Assembly (NCBI RefSeq): GCF_023055435.1
Contig: NW_025964001.1
Coordinates: 10,788,001 to 10,852,000 of the forward strand
Length of the DNA: 64,000 bases
Source of the DNA: Haliotis rufescens
Taxonomy: Eukaryota
Reading direction: 5' to 3'
The notes beneath the pieces were generated by a model that made no database searches, was not told the DNA's origin, and worked only from the letters and a program-made list of their open reading frames with translations. The position numbers and the translations under genes were made by a program. Shown here one piece after another: positions 12,507 through 24,218 of this stretch; position 1 is the stretch's first letter, and each line of letters starts with the position of its first letter.

Positions 12507-15500
12507 GGGTTAAAAAGACCAAAATATATTTAAATGTCAACAGTATCTTATTCTGTTGAAAGCTGCGATAGCCAGTACGAACGGTTACGATATGATACAT
12601 CCACAGGCTTATACAAGTCTAAACGTGTGTTTATACAGTTGGTGAAACTGAAAAGAAGGTTGTTCATGCACATGTTCTTGAACATCATCATATTAGGGAT
12701 GTAGGTCTTTTAAATGGTACCCTATTCCCTCAACCGGAATAGTCATGATGCCTAGTTTGGGCACCGTTCTAAAAAATCCAACATACCAGCAGTTTTTATA
12801 ATGTACCCCAGTGAAGAGACCTACATTGTTGTTCCATTAAACGTTATGTGTCATGAATGGGTGTGATTATTATTAATAAAGGTCTGGTTTTGATGTAGGT
12901 GCACCATTTGAGTGACTGAGTTGGGTATATACGCCGCTTTAAGATCTATTCCAGCCAAACCAAGACGGGGACATAAAAATGGACTTTATATCTTGTAACA
13001 ATGTAAACGTGCCGTCGCCATTACGAATGCTTTAATCACATTGTGTGTCCCCCAACACTTGTTTGGTTGGAACGGTCCTTACTGAAAGTAAGAATGCAAA
13101 TGGAACAAGGGTTGATAAATGGAAGTTTCATTCCTTGAGCAGTTGAATCACGTTTCGTGTGAAAACAAATGTCAAAATATCCGTTTTATTATGAATTACT
13201 ATGTGAAATTGTGATTATGAATTATTTTGTAACTGCGATGGATAATATGTGTCAGTGCATTTCGCGCAGGTTCTATTAAAGCATAGAGAAAAAATGCTGA
13301 CATTTCAATGAATATTGCATTGATTGAAGATGCTGCTGGTGTCACGTGAAAGAAAGAGTTCTGCATTCCAATTCTGAAATTCAACTCGAATATCTGCCGA
13401 AAGGGATTCCTATTGACGTCAAGGCAAAATTTGGAGGAAAATATTATGAAAATTAGTCATGGCACCAGGTGTTCACGAAAAGGGCAAGCATGTCCCGCTC
13501 TACCTGCAGCACCCGCAACTCTTATACTTTTCATTTAAATGTAGTGAGTAAGGTTTTAAAGATTCCATGTAAAGGTCATAGCATATGATAGCATCGCGTC
13601 CCATGTTGACAAGCGACGTATCATATTGAGTAGATTCATATGAATGTCTGGGACCTAGGGATGCTGGTGGCCCAGTCGTCTGAGGCGTTGCAAGTCGCAG
13701 TGCAGAGATGGACATGCCAGAAACTTATGGCCGTGGGTTCGAATCCCAGTTCGCCCAAATTATATTTCTAGGTTTGTCAACACCATACCCGTACTCGTGG
13801 GTTTAACCAAAGTGGTAAATGCCTGCTTTCCTCCCACATGATAAAACTGGCATACTGTTCAAAGCGGCAACTCAGTCACTCGCTCACTCCAGGGAAAGCA
13901 CAGTTGTAAGCAAAATTAAAAATAAATGTGAAAAAGTACCAAGCAACTGAAGAATGTAGACGCCATAATCTGGATAGTATGGTGTATGGCTTGACATAAA
14001 GGCAAAAATCACGATTGGAAAATCGAAATCATCCCTCTTGTGGTACAGTTTGGTACAGAGGCTGTCATCATTTAGAATCTCGATGCACGTCTGTCACTTC
14101 TCAAGTCATTGTGATTTCCTTGTGAAATATGTAATGTTACAAATATACATTATTCTACTACAGGGCAACATCAATTATAACTGGGGCATGGACGCTGTTA
14201 AGAAGCTGAGATCCAATGGGTGAGTTATTAAGCGAATCCATTGTCGTCGGTTTCCATACTGACATTGATTTTATCTTTAATATCAAGCAACAAGTAATCC
14301 AAGACAAGAATCTATATTATATTTTGGGGATTGTGTCATCATTTCTTCCGGTGAAGCATATAATTTACAAAATGTGTCACTGTCAACACCCAAATGTCAA
14401 AGGAAGGACAACCTTCCAACCTTCTACCAATTCATAAGCGATCATGAATATCTCGTTACACGTGGAAATCCTGCAATGGACTCTTTTGTTACGGATTCCT
14501 TGTGATTATACAAAAGTTTCTGTCGCTTTTATGTACACTCACCCCAAAACGAAACGCGAATACGATATAATGTTGATTAATATGGGAAGACTTACTCATA
14601 TACAAGAGATATAAGATTGGTTCGATGCACAAACGAACATACTGGTATGTTGTGTGAACCGAAGCTCATGAACGCATCTCATCTGAAGTCATAGATCCAA
14701 GATTTGAGATGAACCATTTGTCTCGTTAAGGATTAGCTCGTAAAGTTTCGAAATCAAGTGCAGCATATTGTGATAAGAATAAAGACACTCTGTGGTAACA
14801 GTTGACGGAATGTTAGTTTTGTCATTAATTCGCACACGTTGGAAACATATCTTCTTAGCATACATACTTCTCTGTTTCTTTCTGTTCGCGTTTCTTTTGG
14901 CGGTGAGTATATTAATTATCGATTACATTGTATTTCAAAGACACATAAAAATTACCATGCTTCCGCGATCACAAGTGTAAGCTTAATTCAGAATCTGAAA
15001 CCTGGATTGTAATTCAAAATCCGTCACTCACATCAAGAAAATGTTCTAAGGGAGAAGACAAAGAAGATAACATATTTGTCTATTTTAACATGACAATCAA
15101 AAGGCGCAGTAAAGAATGCAATCATCTGGCCGTTATTTGTGATGACCACTGCGAAAGAAATATTTACCATTTGAAAGCCTTTCTGTTTTCACTCGACCGA
15201 TAGGTTATTTCAAATATTAATTTTACGAAATAACCATACCCAAGTTATTAGAAGCAAGTGTGGCAACATATTTTATGTTTAATTCCTAAAAAGACTGCAT
15301 ATACATTTCAGTTATGGCATTTGACGATGATTAAATATCCTCTTATTATGTCAACAATGGCACTGACAGAAAAATGCTATTGCTAAGGTACAGTGGTGCT
15401 CCCAAATGAAAACGGCAATCATCTACATTGTCATGTTTCTCCTGCAGAATCAAGGTGCGAGCTCACAACATTGTCTGGTCCGTGGAACAGTTTGTCCCTC

Positions 15501-18500
15501 AATGGGTTCGCCCACTGCGCGGTCAGACACTGAAGGACACTGTAAAACACAGGATACAAGACATTGTTGGACGAACCAAGAACTAGTAAGTTATAACATA
15601 TCAAACATATTGATTGGTCTACAGTGACACTTCTGGAACTCGAATTCGGAATGACCATCAAAATATGTCGAGTTATCCGGAATTCGTCACGCGATCTGAT
15701 GAGAGATCCTTTTCAGGATGGGGGCGGTCGGGTAGCCTAGTGGTTAAAGCGTTCGCTCGTCACGCCGAAGACCCGGGCTCGATTCCCGACATGGGTACAA
15801 TGTGTGAAGCCCATTTGTGGTATCCCCCGCCGTGATATTGCTGGAATATTGCTAAAAGCGGCGTAAAACCATACACACTCACTCACTCACTTTTCAGGAT
15901 GTCAAGACAATTTCCAGCTCCATTCCATGTAAATGATTTTTTAGTCCGATTGAAGTGGTTGTATCTTTTTTTACACAACGGTAAACAATCATCTGTCTGC
16001 TTCGTTGATGCATGGGATGTCATGTCAACATTCTTTTTGTACCTGTTCCCATAAATGCTCATCAGTGTAGGTCCCAGTACCATATGACCCGTGAAGATTC
16101 CGGGGTAGAATAGGTCTTCAGTAACCCATGCTTGCCGTAAAAGGCGACTATGCTTGTCGTCAAAAGCGACTAACGGGATCGGGTGGTCAGGCTCGCTGAC
16201 TTAGTTGACGCATGTCATCGATCCCAATTGCATGGATCGATGATCATGATATCAATCACTGGATTGTCTGGTCCAGACTCGATTATTTACAGACCGCTGT
16301 CATATAGCTGGAATATTGCTGAGTGCGGCGTTAAACAACGGCAAACCAAACCAAACCAAACCCAGTACCAATTTTTTATCGGAAGAACATAACATAGGGA
16401 TCGGGTGGTCCGCTTCTGTGATCTGGCTGATTATGTGTCATCGTACCCCGATGTTGTTAAATGACATGCTCTCAGTCACTGGTTTGTCTGGCCAAGACTC
16501 GGTTATTTACAGACTGGCGTGGTGTAGCGGGAATATTGTTGACTAATATTCGGATGTTAGCTCTATACATGATGTAACCTTACAGCGTGGAACACTGGGA
16601 CGTTGACAACGAGAACCTCCACGGCTTCTGGTTCCAGAACACTCTCAACGATAGAGACTACAACCTGGACATATTCCGTATCGCTCATCAAGCTGGGCCC
16701 AATGTTAAACTGTTCCTCAATGACTACAGTGTTGTTTCATCGGGCGGGTTGACTGGGGTAAGACTGATCCAGTGTGTTCACAAGGTTTTCTTATCCTTGG
16801 ATATTTTATTTAAATTTCTCGTCACTGTTTGGCTCTTAAGTTTATGCTAAATAACAGAGTACAATGACAATGACTACAGTGTTGTGTCATCGGGCGGCTT
16901 GACTGGTGTATGTATTCTTTAATGAAACCTTTGGTTTTTCTTATTGTTAAAGGCACAATCAAACCCTTATTTTATATATAAAAATCAAATATAATTAGTA
17001 TAATTTAATCTTCGATTTCTTTCTTTTACAGATTTAGGCAATGAATTCCAAATTAATTTGTTTGCGAATCAAATGCATAACTATCATTAAAATGAAAAAA
17101 GGCGAAGGGCAGTATTTCTATTTCTTGCGTGAATTGTTGATGGTATTATAGGCCATGATCCGTGGTCTAGTTGTAGACCGTCCCCCCGGGGAGCGGAAGG
17201 TCTGGGGTTTGATCCCCGGCCGCGTCATACCAAAAGACGTTAAAAGATGGTACTTGTTGTTCACCTGTCTGGCGCTCGGCATTAAGGGGCTAAAACAAGG
17301 ACTGGTCGGCTCGGCGTCAGTATATTGTGTCTGAGTGGGGTATTCATGTTAAACTGCGGCATGGTATCTCAGTGAGCTAGCACTATAAATCGGCATCAGT
17401 CCGGACTAGTACAAGCAGCCACACAAACACACATACGTACATGCACGTCGCTATACAAGTGCAATAATCTTGGAGGCGACGTTAAACCCGATTTCTCCTC
17501 ACCTCACCTATTATAAGCCATGAAAAGGTTTCAATTTTCTATTCAGGCATACCGTGAGCAGGCCATCAGGTTCAAGAACGCAAACGTCGGGCTCTCGGGA
17601 ATCGGTGTCCAATGTCATTTTCCAGAGAATGTTGAACCTGACCCAACACTGATCAAGGTATCCCGAACACAAAGGAACTATATTATTAATTATTCTTTTT
17701 GCGCCATCGTGTCACTGGATTGTCTGGCCCGCTGTTACTGTCTGGTCAAGACTCGGTTGTTTACAGGCTGTCGTATGGCAGGGGTACTGCTGTGAGTCGT
17801 AGGGCAACAAACACTTACGGTGCTGAACAGATTGTGTGAGTGGCGGTGCTACCGGCAGGGAGGACGCCTGGTGTCATTACTGGTTTTCAATTATCCACGA
17901 CCCGTGAAGACTCTGAGGTAGAATAGGTCTTCAGCAACCCATGCTTGCCGTAAAAGGTGACTATGCTTGTCGTAAGAGGCGACTAACGGGATCGGATGGT
18001 CAGGCTCGCTGACTTGGTTGATGCATGTCATCGATCCCAATTGCGTGGATCGATGCTCATGACATTAATCACTGGATTGTCTGGTCCAGACTCGATTACT
18101 TACAGACCGCCGTCATATGGCTGGAATATTGCTGAGTGCGGCGTTAAACAACAAACCAACCAACTAACCAAATCAATTATCCATTGATATAATTGTCACC
18201 ACCAGTTAGCCTTTCATGCCCAATTGAATCTGTTTCGACTGATAATCGAGATTGATTATTCTCTGTTTTGTATTTAAAAGATATTTGTCCCACCTATTAA
18301 ATTGTATTCCTCACTTAAGTCAACACTGCAAAAAGACCTAGGCGAATCAGATAATGAATTCTTCAATTTGTAGTTTTTTACCTATTCCAATACAAAGATG
18401 TGTCAACGTTAGTAAGTAAGATATTTGTTTTTCCAAATTATTTTATAAGACAGCTACGCGATACAATGAAGAACGAAGCGTGGCTTATTTCACGATAAAA

Positions 18501-20878
18501 CATTGTTCTATCATGGCGTCATTTCTGGATATTCGAACAAGCGCTCGCAGATGACGTAAATAGGATAACGTTATTTTTGAGCGGGGAGTGTCTAGTGAGT
18601 TGCTCCCAATAGATGTGGCTTGACAGCAGGGCTGCAACTATACAGGAAGGTCACGATATGATACGCATCTCGATATTCTGGTCACGATGCGATACGTATC
18701 TCGATACGCAATGATAAAAAAAACAAGACTTAAAGCATGTCAAGATTGAACCTTTCATGATTTTGGAACAGTTAAAATTATTTAATAAGAACAAGACTAC
18801 TGAAGTTGTTCAGCTTCAATGTGGAACTTTCTCTAACTTTCCTTCAAAACAATTCAAAGTTAAAACACCATTGATACAACTTCAAAGAATTTTGATGCAA
18901 GAAATTGTATCTGAAATTATTGTTTTATCAGGAATAATATATTGCAATATCGTGTTACCTTAGTTGCAGCTTTTACTATATATATATTTAAGATTATAAG
19001 AACCACAAGTGTAGCATTTTGGTACTGGTGATTGCTGTTGCAGGATATTTTTACGTATGGAACAATTTGACCAGTCACCGTAGGGACTTCCCGCGCTACA
19101 TGCATTCCGATTGCGAAAACGTTAGGTTGACATATATTAGCCTAATTGCCACAGATATGACTTTTAACGAGTCAAAGTATGGCATTTTTTAATATTATAT
19201 GTATCCATTCTCTAGCAACTAAAGTTTGTTTCAATGCGTCAAAAGCGGTAATCTGACCGTGGTTGCTGTATCTCTTCACACACAATTCACATCACTTAAT
19301 GAAAACAATATTAAATGAAATTTTGAATAAAATTAATAAAATATATTACAAACACAAGTCCAGATATACAATGAACACGTTTTAATAACAAGAGAGTATA
19401 ATAATGGTATTGAATTGCGTACTTCAGTTCGGATTTGCTGACTGGTATTTTCGGTGTTATGTGCTTGCGGTGATCAGCTGATAATATTTTATGAGATGGG
19501 GAAAAACATCTGTCGGTGTAAAACCTCAGCTTATTAAAAATGTAAGAACGTTTTTGGGAGCCATGCGTTACCGCGCGCTATAACCAAGTTAGCGGTTTAT
19601 TGAAAGGCACAATAGCGAGGAAACGCTGTACTTGTCGTATATCGTATCGTGGGTCAAGTATCGCGATGCATCGGAATATCGGTGTATCGTTTCACCCTTG
19701 CTTGACAGCGTAGATGAACGCATTGGCCGTACGATTGCACACAAACGTGGGGAAAATATGTCAATCGGTATTGGGAGAAAAAGGTGCAGATAAACGACCT
19801 GAAAATTATGAGAATACCAAACATAACCCCCCTGTACATAAAATGGAGTTGTCCGACATCCATCATTATTTAAATTTTGGTAAATGTTTTTACAGCTTGT
19901 ACAATTTATTGACATTCTTTAAAAGGCTGTTCAAAATATTAATATCTCATATAAGCTAGAATTGACTACAATAAAACACTGCAGGGAGAATAAACCATGA
20001 GGGTTGGGACCCTCATGGTTTATTTTCCAGCTGTGCTGTATTGTACGATAAACTCCCACTCGTCGTTTATTTATTAAATAATGCGCATTAGTCAAATAAA
20101 ACATATGATGGTGATGAAGCATAATGATGATGAGGATGAGTGAGTGAGTACGGTTTTACGCCGCTTTTAGCTATATTCCAGCAATATCACGGCGGGGGAC
20201 ACCAGAAATGGGCTTCATACATTGTACCCATGTCGGGAATCGAACCCGGGTCTTCGGGGTGACGAGCAAACGCTTTAACCACTAGGCTACCCGACCACCC
20301 CTTGATGATGATGATGATGAGGTGGAGGAGGATGGTAATGGTAATAAAATGATGTTTGTAATTATGTCCTGTGGTATTAAGTACTCATCATATAAATCCC
20401 TAAAATATATATTATTCTACCATCAGCAACATCTAGATACCATCGGGCAAGCTGGCGTCCCTATCTGGGTCACTGAATTAGATGTGACTAATTCAGATGA
20501 AAACAAGCGTGCAGACTGGTACGAGACGGCTCTGAGAGCGTTCTATGGCCACCCAGCTGTTGGGGGAGTCATGTTTTGGGGATTTTGGAGCGAGAGACAC
20601 TGGAGAGGAGATGCGGCCGCCATGGTATCGGGAAACGCGTTCAGGGTGGGCATACTAAAAAACTAATTTCATTCAGGTATATTTCGATCTTAATACGAAT
20701 ATATTATTGTACAATATATCAATTTATCTTCAATACTTAAGAATGGGACGTAAATATAAACAATTAAATAAACATTTGGGTCTTCCCATTAATTAATGGC
20801 ATAAAATTAAAAAAATAGTTTTGCATTTTTTTATGGAAGGACTGCAGTAACAAAAAGTAGTAATTTGTAAGAATACTA

Positions 20879-20958
<80 letters not shown>

Positions 20959-21248
20959 TATTTGCATGGCAAATATAGATAATTATGCATTTGGATCGGT
21001 AAATACAGCTGCGTTACATGTTGTAGTTAAACGCCGCTGGTCAACGTTTCCTTGACCTCACGGAGAAACAATGGATGACCAACGAAAACCACAAGCTGTC
21101 ACAATCCGGCAAGAACTTTAAAGTCCGTGGTTTCCATGGCGACTACACGATTAAAGTCAAGGTCAACGGGAAGGAAGTTCCGTCCCTCGCGCAGTCATTT
21201 ACCTTGGGTACATCGGCTCATACTGTAACCCTCCAAGTACATAATTAG
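9961..21248 (+). CDS. Secreted GH10 xylanase-like glycoside hydrolase with N-terminal CBM4/9/22-like domain, copy 2 (complete, 12 exons, 562 aa)
   Basis: Exons 9961-10124, 10438-10586, 10989-11087, 11653-11809, 12089-12134, 12228-12383, 14164-14219, 15448-15585, 16586-16757, 17547-17657, 20427-20645, 21027-21248; all GT-AG, total 1689 nt in one open frame. Signal peptide MSMLVLLCLLSLTSG, then QNIVQNGNME (CBM-like start), FAFGT, FNWAVTGNALKW, VRAHNIVW, WDVDNE, WVTELD. AATAAA at 21262-21267. The exact start is uncertain (possible acceptor at 9957-9958). Confidence 0.93.
12473..12509. repeat. (GA)n plus poly-G
   Basis: Simple repeat. Confidence 0.9.
13660..13890 (+). mobile_element. SINE family C, diverged
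   Basis: Match with deletions. Confidence 0.75.
15721..15889 (+). mobile_element. SINE family B
   Basis: Match; TSD CTTTTCAGGATG. Confidence 0.88.
16086..16360 (+). mobile_element. SINE family A (plus an older partial copy at 16397-16545)
   Basis: Match to consensus. Confidence 0.85.
16868..16907 (+). pseudogene. Intronic duplicate of the 3' end of GH10 exon 9, with its own donor
   Basis: NDYSVVSSGGLTG followed by GTATGT, about 110 bp after the functional donor at 16758. Confidence 0.8.
17159..17508 (+). mobile_element. SINE family D
   Basis: Full-length; absent from the equivalent intron of GH10 copy 1; imperfect TSD TATTATA(G/A)GCCATGA. Confidence 0.87.
17899..18170 (+). mobile_element. 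SINE family A
   Basis: Match; TSD TCAATTATCCA. Confidence 0.87.
18627..19700. mobile_element. Non-autonomous hAT-type DNA transposon
   Basis: 8-bp TSD CTTGACAG (18619-18626, 19701-19708); imperfect TIRs CAGGGCTGCAACTATAC / GTATCGTTTCACCCTTG; subterminal CGATA(C/T) motifs. Confidence 0.82.
20138..20301 (-). mobile_element. SINE family B
   Basis: Match; inserted in a (GAT)n tract. Confidence 0.87.
20891..20949. repeat. (TG)n microsatellite
   Basis: Pure dinucleotide run. Confidence 0.95.
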
Positions 21249-21315
21249 TACAATCACAGTGAATAAAGTGCGTCGGGCATATTGTGTGTTGTGTGTTGTT
21301 ATGACAAGTTAGTCG

Positions 21316-21580
21316 TTGGTTGGTTGGTTGTTTTACGAAGCACTCGGCAATATTCCAGCTATATGACGGCGGTCTGTAAGTAATCGTGTCTGGACCAGAC
21401 AATCCAGTGATTGACATCATGAGCATCGATCCACGCAATTGGGATATGATGACATGCATCAAACACGTCAGCGAGCCTGACCACCCGGACCCGTTAGTCA
21501 CCTCTTACGACAAGCATAGTCGCCTTTTACGGCAAGCATGGGTTGCTGAAGACCTATTCTATCCCGGATCTTTACGGGTC
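21316..21580 (-). mobile_element. SINE family A
   Basis: Match; TSD GACAAGTT; absent from the paralogous 3' flank of GH10 copy 1. Confidence 0.87.
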
Positions 21581-22125
21581 GACAAGTTTGTCACCGCAAA
21601 CAGGATAACTTGAGTCATTTAACATCTGTGTTATCATTTGCAGGATACATGATCAGCCACTGTTATTCAAAACAGTTGTGAGATTTAAAATGACACACAT
21701 ATTTAACAGAAAGCAATGACCGTTCTTGTGAATGTCATTTCTACTCTGGAGGAAACAGGATTCTGATTGGTCAATAAGAGAATAAAAAAGAAATGAATTC
21801 TACCCAAAGTTGAAATACTGTAAAGACAAAAACAATAGAACTCCATAGTCCTCGTATTTAAAACATTGACTTTAACTTCGTTCCCCATCATTCCGTACAG
21901 GAGGCCTAACACCAATCACACAACAAACATGTGATGTAGGTTGATTTAAACTCGAACGACCTAATCCGACTTGGTCCAACTGCAGATTCGCAACAACAAA
22001 AAACAGAAATACATGAAGCACTTACGAGGACAATATTGGTACATGAACGTTAAAAGCAAACATTTGTTTTTACTCTCGATCCTGTTTTATACGTGGAAAC
22101 CAAAAAATAGCATTGATGACGGAGT

Positions 22126-22468
22126 GAGTGAGGTCAGTTGAAATGGGGTTTAACATCGCGTCTAACATTATTGCACTCATATAGCGACGTGCATGCACGT
22201 GTGTGTGGCTGCGTGTACTAGTCCGGACTGATGCCGATTTATAGTGCTAGCCCACTGAGATACCATGTCGCCGTTTAACATGAATACCCCACTCGGACAC
22301 AGTATACTGACTCCGAGGCGACCAGTCCTTGTTTTAGACCCTTACTGCCGAGCATCAGACAGGGTAACAACAAGTACCATCTTTTAACGTCTTATGGCAT
22401 GACGCGGTAGGGGTTCCAACTTTCCGTTCTCCGGGCGGACGCTCTACCGCTTGACCACGGAGGCGGTC
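22126..22468 (-). mobile_element. SINE family D
   Basis: Full-length match. Confidence 0.85.
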
Positions 22469-22547
22469 AAGAAAGTGAGTGTTTTGTGTTTAACTCAGTA
22501 TTTCAGTGTCAGGTAACATTGTAAAAATTATATTGGAGACGTCTACT

Positions 22548-22690
22548 ACCGTGGACAGGGTTCGGTGCTGACAAACCAAAGGTCGTAATCAGGGCGAATT
22601 CGGGAACCGAACCCGCCATCAGCGGATCGTTGCACGGGTAAGGATCAGAACTCTGAACGCGAATTGCGGCGTGTTGGACCACAGGGAGAC
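22548..22690 (-). mobile_element. SINE family C-like, partial and diverged
   Basis: Partial match. Confidence 0.55.
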
Positions 22691-22860
22691 CCGTACCACC
22701 GATCTAGATTCTGATCTTTTAAGATAAGAAAGCATTCCACTAACAGGTGTTAAGAACTCAAAGTTGGACCATTAACTCAAACACGAATTCTATCAATACT
22801 GAAAGTAGGTTCTTGTCTGACTAATGGAGACTGTACGGTAATATATGGCAAAGTAATATA

Positions 22861-23002
22861 TTGCCTCTGGTGTTGGGTCAGAATTTGCTTTTAAATTAAA
22901 TGGTGAAATGGAGACGATGACCAAGTGGGACTGCTTCGCCTTCGCCTGCGAGTTGACCACTGACCACCATGAAGGACAACATGCTATCAAAGCCACTGAA
23001 AG
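22861..23002 (+). pseudogene. Relic first coding exon of another GH10 paralog
   Basis: LPLVLGQNLLLN/GEMETMTKWDCFAFACELTTDHHEGQHAIKATE aligns to exon 1 of copy 2. Frameshift from a 5-nt TAAAT duplication; donor GT lost. Confidence 0.88.
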
Positions 23003-23015
23003 CTGATGTGGAACA

Positions 23016-23287
23016 ATTGTTTGTTTGTTTGTTTGTTGTTAAACGACGCACTCAGCAATATTCAAACTATATGACGGCGATCTGTAAATAATCGAGTCTG
23101 GACCAAACAATCCAGTGTTTGACATCATGAGCATCGATCCACACAAATGGGATACGATGACATGCATCAACCAAGTCAGCGAGTCTGACCACACGATCCC
23201 GTTAGTCGCCTCTTACGACAAGCATAGTCGCCTTTTACGGTAAGCATGGGTTGCTGAAGATATATTCTACCCCGATCTTCACGGGTC
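23016..23287 (-). mobile_element. SINE family A
   Basis: Match to consensus. Confidence 0.85.
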
Positions 23288-23663
23288 TGCAAAAAGCGAA
23301 GATAGTTTACTCTATCACAGTAGTGGCTTAGAAACCAGGATTGACATTATTTGTTTATTACATTGTTCTAGCTATAGCATACTTTCAGGGAAGGGCACTT
23401 TAGCGTCGAATCAACCTTGGCATCTTGTAAAATTCCTCATGATCTGTTAAATGCGAGACATTTGAAGTTATTTTGAGTTATATATAAACTGAAATAATTA
23501 TTTCAGTTGTTATTTATATATTATATACCAGGATTCTGTTAGCCAAAATGACCCCCTTGGTGAGAAGTTCCCAAGAAAAAGGTCAGCTAATCTCTGTGAA
23601 CATTTGGTGTCCAATCACAGGTTAAAACTTGATAAAAGGAAACACAAAGAAGGAAGTAGAAGA

Positions 23664-23960
23664 TACGAGGGGCATTCAATAAGTTTTGCAACTTGGGCAT
23701 TTGTGTTTACACAAACAATGTCAACTTGTGGCAGGTGTGACACTAGTCATAACATCAGGTTGACACGTGTCATAACAAATTCCAGACACAACAATAAGTT
23801 AGATGTGATGGCTTCATTCACCTAAGGGTGGTCGCAATCATAGATTCTCTTAAACATGAACAACGCGCTGTAATAAAGTTCCTCACATGCTCCGGTTCAC
23901 AAGTCGAGAATTGCACAGTAGACTACTACCCTAATATAGCAGGAATTGGCCGATCCCTTT
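23664..23960 (+). mobile_element. Mariner 5' fragment
   Basis: TIR TACGAGGGGCATTCAATAAGTTTTGCA, followed by the transposase N-terminal motif EQRAVIKFL. Confidence 0.7.
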
Positions 23961-24218
23961 TTTTCCCGCTGGTAAGGCATCTCCAGTGTCTTGTCGTAAA
24001 TTTAACGCGACGTCTTCCCTTGAAGAACGTGATAATTCCATGACGACATATTTCAATCTACCATATCATGCTGGGTTCCTTGAAATACATGTACTACACA
24101 TCAATAAATTGACATTAATATTATCTCTGATAGGCACTTTATCAAGTGACGATATTCTTTGAGAATGAAAATAAGAATAGTGTAAACAAGTCATAAAATT
24201 AATTATCTTTTCTATCTA

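Noticed and set aside
424-21248. Bacterial contamination or recent HGT as the source of GH10
   Set aside because: The genes have 11 canonical introns with host SINE insertions and polyA signals.
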